Assembly (NCBI GenBank): GCA_951406725.2
Contig: OX597824.1
Span: 55,862,001-55,926,000, forward strand
DNA from: Octopus vulgaris
Taxonomy: Eukaryota
Length of the DNA stretch: 64,000 nt
Direction of reading: 5' to 3'
Shown here: piece by piece, positions 1 to 11,829 of the stretch
Layout: every line of letters starts with the position of its first letter
Numbering within the stretch: the first letter of the stretch is position 1
Notes under the pieces: generated by a model
Told to the model about the DNA's origin: nothing
The model's database searches: none
Seen by the model: the letters and a program-made list of their open reading frames with translations, nothing else
Made by a program: the position numbers and the translations under genes

Positions 1-2685
1 CCTTGCAGACTGAAGCAATTTTTATTTGAAAGTTTCAATGAATATTAAAAATCTATAGCTGAATTTTCAAAAACAGGATATCATTGAGACGAAAACATGG
101 ATTTGATTAGTTTAAATTGTAATAAAGTTTCAATAACATCCTAAAACTTTCATTCAAATTTTCTATAATCACAACCTATCATCACAAGAATATTGCATTT
201 AGACATTTATTGGCACAAAATTCATTTTCGCTGAATGCTCAAAATATTTGGAGAGAGAGTAATGTTGTTTGAGATATGTGTTTATATGTGTAGCTTAATG
301 TTTACGTGTATATACATATAGTATATACATATAGTTTAATGTCTATGTATGTAACATTTTGTGCATTTGGACTTTTGAGTAATTTTATGTTTATATGTGT
401 ATAAGAGAGTATGTACACAGTTCTGTATGTATACATATTTAAGAATGTTTGCATGTATGCATGTGCATGCATGTGTGGTGGTATGTGCATGCACGCACAC
501 ACACATGCACGCGCACACACACACACACACACACACATTGGCAATAGGATTCTATTTATATGTTTGTGTTAATGCTAGTGTCTGTTTGTTTATGTATGTT
601 TTATCTCTTTCTTTATCTCTGGAAAGATGTAGAAATTTTATACAAATTTGTTTATAAATCTGTGTTCTTAGAATGGTGAGCTACAGATGGTTAATTTAAT
701 AGAACTGGGATATCCGCCAAAGGTTTGGTGCTTCATATCTTGTCTTTGGCATTGCATTATATGTATAGCCAAACTAATACATTTTGAAACAGTCTAGTCC
801 ATCCAACTGTTTGTAGGCACCAGATTACAATTATAAATACCAGCATCACAGAAAAATTGCTGACCAAAATTACACCATACATATTAGGATTCCTGTTAAG
901 AAGCCTTGCTTGTTTTCTTCAAAGACCAAAAAAAAACTCATATGGACGTAACACTCAGATGTGAAGGTGGTGCTGCTGTTTCTGCTACTACACCCACAAA
1001 ACTACATCGAAAACAAAGTGATTTGAACTAATTGTTAAAATCTCACTCAGTCACACTTGACACACCTGCTTCATCACCTGCAGTGAGTCATACCTCCCAG
1101 CTATCACACACTCAACTTTTCAGCCAGTCTTTCCTTACAAGAATTGTAATTCTCTGGAATTCCATTATCACTTGCTTTTTTCTCTGCAGATAGATTTTCA
1201 AGCTGAATATGAATCAGATTCTGTGTCAGTCAAGGAAGCGCCTCGAAAGAAGCTTAACTACATCAATACCACACCTTGGCTATGTGTGCATTCTTACATA
1301 CACATTGTCCCACACATGGTTTGCATGCCTTGAGCATATAAGCCGTGGACTGGCAAAACAATCCTCCATCTCCAATCCTGTTTGGTTATGTGATGTTCAC
1401 AAGTCACACAAATGTGAAACATTGATGTCCACCACTCCTAGATTGGATTGACAGTGTGTTATCTCCCCTATCCACAACTCAAAGGTGTTTTAACACCTGG
1501 TGATTTGAGGCTTTTACACCATTCCAATAGCAGCCTACAAGCAAATGCCCAAAGCTTAGGCATTAGTATACATGGTTGATAATACACACACATACATAAA
1601 CACATACACATGCATGCATGCATGCGCACACATGCACACATATCTACCATAGATACACAACCCACTCAGGCCTTTTCTACTGGCCAAGGGACATAATTCT
1701 TGATTAATCTCCCACTTAATTGCTTCTCACAACTTCATTTTGTATTTTTCACAGCACCCACAAACCAGAAGTAACACTTCCTCACCTTCAGTAACCAATG
1801 ACTGAAAGCAGTCATCATATTTCTTTTTCATACCTGCCATCTCTGAGGAGTACAAGCATTAGCTAACCATCCAGTTATATAATATATGATGCAAAACTAA
1901 TTGGTAAGATCATCCAAAATGGATCTATAATGCTGTATACTTTTTGATTACTATATTGATAACTATATGAGTGCTTTTTTTTGTGTGTGTGTGTGGCTTA
2001 CAGATTCCTAGATGACTATATATTTCTGTCTTGTTGCTGAATCTACTGATGCTGGTGCTGGTGCCAGTGATAGTGTTGGTATTGACGTGAGGTGTAATAA
2101 GTAAAAATGGATAATTAAGTTAAGGATTGATGTACAGAATACTGTACAAAAACAATTGTTTAATTAATCAAAATTTGCCTCTTAGTTGGAGAAAGAAAAT
2201 CCCTAGTAACAATCATTATGGAAACAATTTCTAACAATTAAGAATTAATTTCTCAAACTTAATTCAATAAACATTGCCTATTATCCAGATTAATGCTATG
2301 GATTAATTTGAGCCATTTCGTTTGCTCATTTTTGGTTTCAATGATAGAAACAAAATTGGCTGAAAATTTTGAGGGAGGAAGAGAAGTTATAACCAATAAA
2401 AATCACGCTCCACATTTTACTGGTACTTCAACCAAGGCTAGTTTTGAATATATGAGGTGCATCACAAAGTTCTCAGACTAGTTCTCTAGTGTGCAAATAG
2501 ATGGCAGCACAGTGACCTTCATGAGGCAGTGTGCCAAGTGTCATTACTGTGTTTACTTCACAAGTATATACAGCAATGGCATATCAGAGGAGGTTTCAAA
2601 GAGTGAAAGTGTAGCAAAGCTAATGGTAGTACCCCAGCATAGCCACAGCTCTTGAGATGAAGCTAATGAAGAAAAAATATCTGTA

Positions 2686-2900
2686 CAGGCATAGCTGTGT
2701 GGTAAGAAGCTTGCTTCCCAACTACATGGTTTCAGGTTCAGTTCTGTTGCATGGCACTTTGGGCAAGTGTCTTCTACTATAGCCTTGGGCCGACCAATAA
2801 TCATCATCATCATCATCATCATCATCATTTAACGTCCATTCTCCATGCTAGCATGGGTTAGACGGTTCGACCGGGGATCTGGGAAGCCAGAAGGCTGCAC
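2686..2900. repeat. Truncated tRNA-derived SINE head followed by a (CAT)n tail and RTE 3'-end fragment
   Basis: AGGCATAGCTGTGTGGTAAGAAGCTTGCTTCCCAA...GGTTCAGTTC matches the SINE heads at 41980, 56053 and 56505. (CAT)n-TTTAACGTCCATTCTCCATGCTAGCATGGG matches the RTE tails at 24908 and 46414. Confidence 0.7.
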
Positions 2901-4037
2901 CAATTTAATAATATTGTGTATCGTATTGGCATGTGTAAGGATGTGTAGAATGTGTTTGTTTTTGTATATACATGGCAATGATAGTTTCTATGGAATGCTT
3001 GCATTAAGAAAAAACAAAAACACTTCTAAGTTTGTTGTAGGTCAGCATACATGTTGTTAAATTTCCTTTAGAAATTCTGCCTGAAGATATACACAATTCA
3101 CTGGTTTCGTATATGGTATATATACACAACAAAAACATACACAACAAAAACACACACACAGGTAATCGTTCCGTAAGTCAGGGATGACATTGAAATAAAC
3201 ATGCGAGAAGCTTTTGAAGACAGAAGACATGGATAAGGACGAATAACACGGCAGGATTGAATTGAGGTCAAAACAGAGAATACGATTGGTTAAAATTCAA
3301 AGAGTTAAACTACGTAAAAGTTACAAAATACATTTTTCTCAAAAAAACTAATTGAAATTAATGTTTTCTTTTGACACATTCTACCAGTATACGAAGTTTC
3401 AAATTATTTAGTTAAGTAGAAAATTCTGTCCATCTTTTAGAAAAGATCCTGAGTTAGTATTTAAGTATACAATATGTATAAATATTCAACTATTTCTGGA
3501 TAATTTCTTTTCCTCTCTCTATTGTGGTATATGCTCCAAAGTATTCATAAATTTCTATCCTTTTGTTATAATATTCTTCTTAATAATCCTTTGAATAACC
3601 CTAAACTTAAACTGTATACATAGCAACAATTTAACCACAGTACCACGTGATAAGACTTCCCCTGTTTCATTATCAATAGTCTACTAGTGAGCGACCCCCC
3701 CCACCCGTAATTATCAGCTAACATCTTGTTTTAAATTTTCCCTTACTAAACCTCATGATATTGCTTATAATAAATCTTGACTTTTTATGACTATACCAAC
3801 TAGAATGTCTGTCAACTCCCTCACCCCTACCCCTAACAGACACTGCCCTCTGTTCTCTCAGCCTTAGATATACAAGGGATTTGATAAACTAGTCTATAAA
3901 TTAAAACTGACCCCATAAAGACAAAAAATCAGTGCCAGGCAGAGTCTTCTTGATAATTTTAGTAACTTCTATGCTGAAGTAGAGACATGTTCTTTGTCTA
4001 TCTCATTAACTTCTTGGAGATTTCAGGTATAATTATA

Positions 4038-5585
4038 CTAGCATTATGACCCGTCGTTGCCGGGTCTTAGTGCTAGTGCATGTATATATGTGTATATATA
4101 GGTGTACATATTACATGTACATCTATATATATATACATCTACACATAAAATACGAAATACAAAGTTATATCTTGATATCGCTAGTGATAACAATACTCAA
4201 AATATATAACAGACTGGAATTGTTAGCCCATCTCTTGCAATTTCAATCAATTGTATCTTGTCCTCCCTCTTGTATAGAAGTGTGGCTACAATCCAGCCTA
4301 CCTCTACTTCTGGGGGGACATTTTTAATTTTTATCCAGGACGTCCTACGTCCCAGATATAAAGGTAAAAGTAAAATATTTCCACTTTGCAAGTTTCGAGT
4401 CGAGTACTCCCTTGCATGCTCCGTTGACTCGAACCTTGCTTCTATTGTGGCGAATTTACCGCCTCTGGTTAGATATCTTTCATAGTGGCACCAAGATACT
4501 TTTCGATGGTGCTTTCCTCCAGGTGTTCAAATCTTGTTTTTTCTCTACATTGTATACTTTATAGACAATAGTGTTTACTTTAATTTAATTTTTTATTTCG
4601 TTTGGTGGTGTTATCCTAGATTCACCGTCTTTGTCGGTGATCAATCCGAAATAGGTTTGTATTTCTTCCATTTTAAGTTTAATGAGTTCACACCCGCCAA
4701 TGGCTGCAGTGAAATTCATTTTTTAGACTTTCTTCTATCGAAGGGATTCTAACAAAAATGCTTCCATATAAACGGTGAAAATATTGTCAATTTCCCCAAA
4801 CAGGGACACAATTCAATTTTTAAACAATAACCAAAGCTCCTTCTCCCAAAGGGGGAGGGTTACAGTGTACAATTATTTAACAAATGCAACACAACAACGT
4901 TTCCCTTACGGGGAAACAAAGCACGTGATAACAATAGTTAAACAGTAATAATAATAACAACAAACCTTACGGTGAATTAAAAAGCAGTACGCAGTTGATT
5001 TAATTTAATTTATTCCCATTCATGTGAAACCACTTATTCATTTTCTAGTCATTAATGTAATTTTATACCTATTACTATTTTTACTTTTGTTATGTTACAA
5101 TTATATTATACTTTAGTTTGATTTTAATTATTACTTACTACAATAATTCAATTATTATTATCTCTAATTTTTATTGTTACAGTGAAAGTATTTGACATAA
5201 AATAGAGAAATGTTTTTGTTTCACTTTTAACACGTAATACTGAAATAGTGGAGAAGATATGATATTGCTATGGGCTCGCCCTAGGCAAGAAGTTGAACAT
5301 TTTTTTTGCCCATGAAACTACATGGACCCTAAGTAAGACATGTGTAAAATTTGAATGAAATTGGGTGTGTAGTTCTCAAGTTTTAGGGAATCGTAGTGGA
5401 GAAGATATGATATTGCTGTGGGCTCGCCCGAGGCAAAAAGTTAAAACATTTTTATGCCGATGACACTCCCCAGACCCTAAGTAAGGCATGTGTAAAATTT
5501 GAATGAAATTGGTTGAGTAGTTCTCAAGTTTTAGGGAAACACACAGACAGACAGACACACATTCTCAGTTTTATATATAGAGAGA
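4038..5585 (-). mobile_element. Non-autonomous Helitron carrying a decayed Gag/ORF1-like fragment
   Basis: On the minus strand it has a 5' TC(TC)TATATATAAAACTGAGAATG(TGTC)n start and a 3' hairpin GACCCGGCAACGACGGGTC followed by CTAG. It is inserted between A and T with no TSD. Related copies are at 6380-9828 and 57223-59293. Confidence 0.8.
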
Positions 5586-5630
5586 TTAATGTGTCCATCT
5601 ATTCTAATTTAATTAAATTCTATGTCTTTG

Positions 5631-5717
5631 TGCAGCTGAAGATTGTTCTACATTTTAAATTGAGGTAATGATTGCATTGTTCAATTAAATGGAGTTGCAT
5701 GAAACGATCATACTGCA
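5631..5717 (+). ncRNA. Type I hammerhead ribozyme motif (degenerate copy)
   Basis: TGCAG-CTGAAGA-long stem II-GAAAC-GATC-AT-A-CTGCA. The sister copy at 19350-19436 has an intact stem III (AC-GATC-GT, GUA site). Confidence 0.6.
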
Positions 5718-5756
5718 TTACCTCTGGATATCCTTGTTGCTTATTTTGATATATAT

Positions 5757-6287
5757 ATATGAGCAAAATGCGCCCCATTCAATGGACAGTGCTGAATCAT
5801 ATCTGCTGAATAAAAAGCAATCAGTATTTTCTTTTCATTAAAAAATAATTAATCATGCTTTTATTTCAATAAAATTTTTGGTTTTGATAAATGAAGGCAA
5901 AAAAATCTTCTTGAGAAACCAAATAGTCTTTCCTTCCTTCATGCCAAGTTTGAAGAAAATATATCTTTTGCATCTTACTTTTTTGGTCTCTTAAATATAC
6001 TGCATTTTGTGGCATTATTTCTAGCAAGCTGGCTTTTTTTGCACAAACTGCACGGGAATTTTTCACGCATATGCATAGTATCGATCGCAACAGCTGATGT
6101 ACTTGCACGTACAAATGCACGTTCCCATGGCTTTATCGATCGCATTCTCATCTGGAATCAATTTTTGTAATTTTTTCAAGACTTATACACGCCCTGATAC
6201 CGTTGGTATCTACATATCAAATTTGAGTGCAATCGGACGGAGGATGCCCGAGATCCTAGAAGACACACAGACAGACAGAACAGATTT

Positions 6288-6296
<9 letters not shown>
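5757..6296 (-). mobile_element. Probable non-autonomous Helitron/HINE-like element
   Basis: Minus-strand start TATATAAAATCTGTTCTGTCTGTCTGTGTG...CCGATTGCACTCAAATTTG resembles the 5' ends of the other Helitrons here. The 3' end is not resolved. Confidence 0.4.
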
Positions 6297-6319
<23 letters not shown>

Positions 6320-7333
6320 GTGAAATTTAAGGAAAAGAAAAATTATATATGTATTTATATATATATATATATATACATACTAGCATTAAAAACCCGTCGT
6401 TGCCGGGTCATAGTGCTAGTGCATGTATATATGTGTACATATTACATGTACATCTATATATATATATATATACATCTACACATAGAATACAAAATACAAA
6501 GTTATATCTTGATATCGCTAGTGATAACAATACTCAAAATATATAACAGACTGGAATTGTTAGCCCGTCTCTTGTAATTTCGATCAATTGTATCTTGTCC
6601 TCCCTCTTGTATAGAAGTGTGGCTACAATCCAGCCTACCTCTACTTCTGGGGGGAAGGGGCATTTAAAATTTTTTTCCGGAACGTCCTACGTCCCAGATA
6701 TAAAGATAAAAATAAAATATTTCCACTTTGCAAGTTCGAGTCGAGTACTCCCTTGCACGCTCCATTGACTCGAACCTTGCTTCTATTGTGGCGAATTTAC
6801 CGCCTCTGATTAGATATCTTTCATACTGGCACCAAGACTCTTTTCGAAGGTGTTTTCCTCCAGGTGTTCAAATCTTGTTTTTTCTCTACATTGTATACTT
6901 TATAGACAATAGTCTTTTCTTTAATTTAATTTTTTATTATCCATCTGGACTATTCCATTTCTGCACGCTAATTTTATTTTTAATTTATTCCCATTCATGT
7001 GAAACCACTTATTCAAGTTCAAGTCATTGATGCGATTTTATACCAATTGCTATTTTTACTTTTGTTATGTTACGATTATATTACTTTAGTTTGATTTTAA
7101 TTATTACTTACTACATATATTAGAAATATTAAATTTCTAAATATCTCATAGAGATATGTACGGTGGTGGGGCGATAGAATGGTTGTATACTATCAATTTA
7201 ATGTGACAGTAGGGGATTATACCGCCGCTGTTTAGCCCTAGGAAGCATCGACGCCTCCTGATGGCTTCGACACATTTTGTTTTCCTGTGTCCTTATATAT
7301 TTATGAAGAGGAGACAAATACCCCCAGCAGCCA

Positions 7334-7400
7334 GGCCTACATCTAGAGACACGCATGTTTCAGGATCTTTGTCCATCATTGGTCTAGAGTAGCAGAAGCC
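7334..7400 (-). ncRNA. Type I hammerhead ribozyme, probably inactivated (core CCAATGA, G5A)
   Basis: Minus strand GGCTTCTGCTAC-TCTAGA-CCAATGA-TGGA..TCCT-GAAAC-ATGCGT-GTC-TCTAGA-TGTAGGCC. Confidence 0.7.
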
Positions 7401-7539
7401 CGCCAACTGCAGATGAATCTTTATTATAGGCACAATGGCCCGAATGGAGAGGGGACATTACAATACAGGACATGGGGTACATATAACAAAAATACAAAAA
7501 GGATGGTATGACAATGAAATATTTACAATTACAATTGTG

Positions 7540-8891
7540 CTATCCGGGGCGTTCATCCGTAATATAATCGAGTAACTCCTCCTGTTCTATAACACCTGGC
7601 AAACTGTCATATCGAATGTATTGCATTACGCCTACAGCTATATTTGAATACACATTTATTAATTTCATTACTGTCTCTCTTTCTACAATTGCCGCCTTTA
7701 TTTGGTCATCGAATTTCTTCGGGTTCAGTTTTACTCTAGTTAGATTTTTCATATTCGCTAATTTCTTCTCAATTTCTTTGTCCTTTTTGTACAACATTAT
7801 AGCTTTGAGATTTCTTCCTTTTGGCCTTCGTCCTTCCTTACATATTTTCAGTTGTTCTTCCATTTTTCTTTCCCATTCTTTCTCTTCCTCCCACATTGAA
7901 ACTTCACTCACTTTCGTTTCTGTATCTCTCTCATCGTGCGTTTGATCCTCTATCTCGTCGGTAGACTTCTTTTTAGCTTTTTTCTTTTTTGTGCTTGCGT
8001 TCTCTTTCTATCCTCTTTTACTTCTGTTTTTTCCTTTTCTTTCTCCTTCACCAACTCATCACCACTTTCTACATTATCTGTAGTTACAATTTCCTCTTCC
8101 ACTTGCAATTCCACATTCGCCTTTTGTAACTCCTCTGTCAAAGCCTCCAGTGTTATCGTCTTCTCTTGTACTTCTCTTAGCGGACACATATCCTTCATGT
8201 GGCCTCTAATTTTACATTTGTAAGACACTGGGGGTCTCCCTTCCACCACGACTCTGAGACGTGTCTCGTCGGGGAACACCAACTCCTCAGGGATGTTATA
8301 CAGGTCTGGCATGGTTATGTGAAGCAAAGCCTGCACCGCATAACCCCACCACTTTATTTCTTTCGACTTTTCTACCTTCAGTATGTCGACGCTCTCTTTG
8401 CAGTTGAATATTATTGCCGCTACAATTCTTTCCGTGTCTAGTTCCGGTGAAATTTTACTAATCCGTATTCTCACTGCTCTTTTTCCACAATGGCTAGGTA
8501 GTAACACCCATTTTTCGGATTTCAATATTGTTGTGGCGTTTCTCTTCGCTTCGTCTTCGTTTTCAAAACGAGCGTCTACTGTCGCGTATTTTCTACCTCT
8601 ATTGTAGAAGGTAGTTTTTCCTTTAATTTCCTGTAGACACTTCTCGATTTCTTCCACCTCTGCTATTTCTATTCTCTTCGAAACCACACTCCACGTTCTG
8701 TACGTTATAATTCTCTTCTCAGCTTCTTTCACTTCGTCTTCAGGCGGTGTGTCCCTCAGACAATCACCTTCCTTCTTGAAGCTGTCGTAGTACTTCCTCA
8801 AACTCTACTTCTCGATAACTATTTCTTCCAACTGTAGTTCGCTCACAGCCAGGCCTTTGCCTGCTGCTCCCGCATAAGTTTGGGCTTGTAT
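7540..8891 (-). pseudogene. Gag/ORF1p-like nucleic-acid-binding protein (possible RRM-like region, CCHC knuckle, Lys/Glu-rich linker, conserved C-terminal domain); one stop and one frameshift
   Basis: ORFs 7950-8801 and 7540-7911 join via a -1 shift near 7975. The upstream extension reads TYAGAAG past an in-frame TAG. The knuckle RPPV[S]YKCKIRGHMKDMCP has its first Cys mutated. It is clearly homologous to 15287-16707 (YATVDARF/YATVDVRF, WVLLPSHCGK/WILLPSYCGK). Confidence 0.8.
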
Positions 8892-9435
8892 ACCCAACAA
8901 AAACTTCAACAATTCACCACGCCGTAACACCTTCCAACAACAAAATCCAACTCACAACCGCAATACACAATAACCGTAATACAAAATAACCGACACAAAC
9001 ACTGCCCGCCAGCTGCAGATATCTGTCCTGACTTCGTAAATATATATATCTAATTTTTGGTGAAGTTTATTCACTGATTACCAAAATCAGAAATATTAAG
9101 TTTCTAAATATCTCATAGAGTTATGTACGGTGGTGGGGTGATAGAATGGTTGTATACTGTCAATTTAACGTGACAGTAGGGGATTACACCGCCGCTGTTT
9201 AGCCCTAGGAAGCATCGATGCCTCCTATGCTTCCTAGGGCTAAACAGCAGCGGTGTAATCCCCTACTGTCATGTTAAATTGACAGTATACAACCATTCTA
9301 TCGCCCCACCACCATACATAACTCTATGAGATATTTAGAAACTTAATATTTCTGATTTTGGTAATCAGTAAATAAACTTCACCGAAAATTAGATATATAT
9401 ATTTACGAAGTCGGGACAGATATCTGCAGCTGCCA

Positions 9436-9502
9436 GGCTTCTGCTACTCTAGACCGATGATGGACAAAGATCCTGAAACATGCGTGTCTCTAGATGCAGG
9501 CC
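9436..9502 (+). ncRNA. Type I hammerhead ribozyme (U4C variant, core CCGATGA)
   Basis: Stem I GGC..CTGC..TCTAGA / TCTAGA.GCAGGCC, stem II GGA/TCC, GAAAC, short stem III ACA-TGCG-TGT. Predicted cleavage after GTC at 9488. Confidence 0.75.
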
Positions 9503-10393
9503 TGGCTGCTGGGGGTATTTGTCACCCCTTCGTAAATATATAAGGACACAGGAAAAAAATGTGTCAAAGCCATCAGGAGGCGTCGATGCTTCCTAAACAG
9601 TGGCGGTGTAATCCCCTACTGTCATGTTAAATTGACAGTATACAACCATTCTTTTACTACATTTAATTCAATTGTTATTATTTTATTGTTAAGGTGAAAG
9701 TATCTGACATAAAATAGAGAAATATTTTTGTTTCACTTTTAACACGTGGAGAATAGTGGAGAAGATATGATATTGCTAGGGAAACACACAGACAGACACA
9801 CATTCTCAGTTTTATATATATATAAAGATTACTAATAATAATAATATTGGTGATGATTGAAAGCATGAACTGTGCAGGCAAGTTTATGAGAGGAAAGTTT
9901 ATGAAGGGAAGCTAGGAGACAGGTATATATAGCCAAGACAAGTATATATAACCAAGACAGGTATAGACTGATAGTCAAGGGACAGGTATATATAGCCAAG
10001 GGAGAAGCAGAAAAGAAGTTTGCCAATGTTCAGTGATGTGAGGACCAAAGAACTGAAGTATTTCAGATTTAAAGACAGTGTGTGAGAGAAAATTGTGTCC
10101 GCATGGATAATGGTGCAATTGCGTTTAATGATTCTGCAAAGAAAGAGGCTTGGAGATGCCATTATGAAAGACTGCTGAACATGGAAAATGAATGGGAAGA
10201 AGAGAGCCTGCCAAATGTTGGCCAGCTACCCGAATTGACAGTACCCTGGTAGATAAAGCAATTAAGGATATGAAGGCAAGGAAAACCCCCAGCCCATCAG
10301 GAATCACCACTGAGATACTTAAAATATCTGATGGTGAAGGAGATGATCTAGTCAGTGGTATTGGAAATCAGATAGTTCACAAAAGAGTCATAC

Positions 10394-10626
10394 CTATTTC
10401 TTTACTACCCACAAGGGGCTAAACACAGAGGGGATAAACAAGAACAGACAGACGGATTAAGTCAATTACATCGACCCCAGTGCGTAACTGGTATTTAATT
10501 TATCGACCCTGAAAGGATGAAAGGCAAAGTCGACCTCGGCGGAATTTGAACCCAGAACATAACGGCAGAAGAAATACGGCTACGCATTTCGGCCGGCGTG
10601 CTAACGTTTCTGCCAGTTAGCTGCCT
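10394..10626 (-). mobile_element. tRNA-derived SINE inserted in the RTE LINE
   Basis: Minus-strand A box TGGCAGAAACGTTAG and B box GGGTTCAAATTCC. Same family as 60349-60560. The LINE sequence resumes on both sides. Confidence 0.8.
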
Positions 10627-11258
10627 TGACTGATGTAGCAGCACCATAGTCAACTGCTACAAAGGTAAAGGTGATGCTTTAGAGAGAAATAACTACAGGG
10701 GTATCAAATTTCTGGATCAGATGATGAAAGTCATGGAGAGCATCATAGCTCTACTAATTAGGGAGAGAGTTAGCCTAGATGAGATGCAGTTTGGTTTTGT
10801 GCCAAGTAGAAGCACCACTGATACTATATTTTTGGTAAGGCAACTGCAAGAGAAATACCTAGCCAAAGATAAATGTCTGTACCTGGCTTTTGTTGACTTG
10901 GAGAAAGCCTTTGACAGGATCTCCCAATACTTTATCTGGTGGTCAATGTGAAAACTAGGGATAGACAAATAGTTGGTGAGAGCTGTACAAGCCCTGTACA
11001 GGGATGGTGTCAGTAAGATGAGGGTTGGCAACAAGTATAGTGAAGAATTCCAGGTAAAAGTAGAGTTTCACCAAGGATCAGTCCTAAGCCCCCTCTTATT
11101 CATCATAGTCCTCCAGGCAATAACAGAGGAATTCAAGATAGGCTTGCCCCTGGGGTCTCTATGTTGATGACCTTGCTCTAAAAGCTGAGTCACTACCAGA
11201 ACTAGAGATGAAGTTTTAGATGTAAAAGCAAGATCTAGAATCAAAGGGCCTTAGAGTC

Positions 11259-11829
11259 TATAATGAAGATGGCAATGAAGTTGGGTAAATAAAAAAATCG
11301 AAAATGTGAAAATGGATATACAACGTGAGATGAAACTGAAGTGTTCTCCATTATAAAATAAAATGATTGCCATACATGAAATAAATTAATATAACAGGTT
11401 ACAACAAAGATGTATAAGAGACTTCGTGTTTAGGCTGGATTATTGATCTTGTAGACAAAGTTGATGTACTGATTGGTGCTGTGTAGAAGCAGCAGTTGGT
11501 CTGCTGGTTGTGTAGTGATCATATGGCAACGATGTAGGCAGGTGTCTGGTGAAGGTGAAAGCGGAGACAAGCTGGTGTCAGATATGAGTGGCATGACCTA
11601 GAGCAGTCACGAACTGCCATTCTTATAGTGATCAGTGGGCTCCTAGAGCTGGTGATTAATTTCCCCGTGTAAGGAAAAACAAACTATTACACCAACATGA
11701 CTGGATGGCTGGAAACCAATCAATACAAACAACAAAATGCTTGTGGGGCCAACATCCAGGTATTTACGCCTAAACAACCACGATGAAAACATCTCACAGA
11801 TAACGACAGTGTAAATTACTTTTGCTACA
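11259..11829. mobile_element. Solo LTR (Gypsy-type) inserted in the RTE RT region
   Basis: 4-bp TSD AGTC (11255-11258 and 11830-11833). The ends TATAATGAAG...TTTTGCTACA are a degenerate TG..CA with imperfect inverted termini. The RTE frame (GLRV-NLAKTK) rejoins on removal. Confidence 0.65.

Larger units (their letters stand above)
3447..5755 (+). mobile_element. Penelope-like AT-rich element end with type I hammerhead, interrupted by a Helitron (4038-5585)
   Basis: The ~3450-3800 segment and 5597-5750 are colinear with the reverse complement of 19320-19875. A hammerhead lies at 5631-5717 and the element ends in (TA)n. Confidence 0.6.
7120..9653 (-). mobile_element. Hammerhead-containing RT-less retroelement A (retrozyme unit + Gag/ORF1-like cassette + inverted cassette-free unit)
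   Basis: 12-bp TSD TTACTACATATA (7108-7119) / TTACTACATTTA (9654-9665). Direct repeat 7121-7259 / 9088-9227. Inverted segment 9228-9651. Hammerheads at 7334-7400 (-) and 9436-9502 (+). Confidence 0.85.
6380..9828 (-). mobile_element. Non-autonomous Helitron (same family as 4038-5585), split by the hammerhead/Gag-like element at 7120-9653
   Basis: CTAG plus hairpin at 6380-6420 and a 5' TC-(TA)n-AAAACTGAGAATG end at 9828. The sequences flanking the insert join to match the uninterrupted copy near 57505-57545. Confidence 0.8.

Noticed and set aside
7950-7995. Programmed -1 frameshift between the Gag-like ORF and the C-terminal ORF (A_AAA_AAG slippery site; both A and B are offset by -1)
   Set aside because: The shifts are at non-homologous positions. 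A shifts before KAKKKS..VSEVS, whereas B keeps that region in frame 0, and its -1 frame has a stop near 15663. Independent decay deletions are the simpler explanation.
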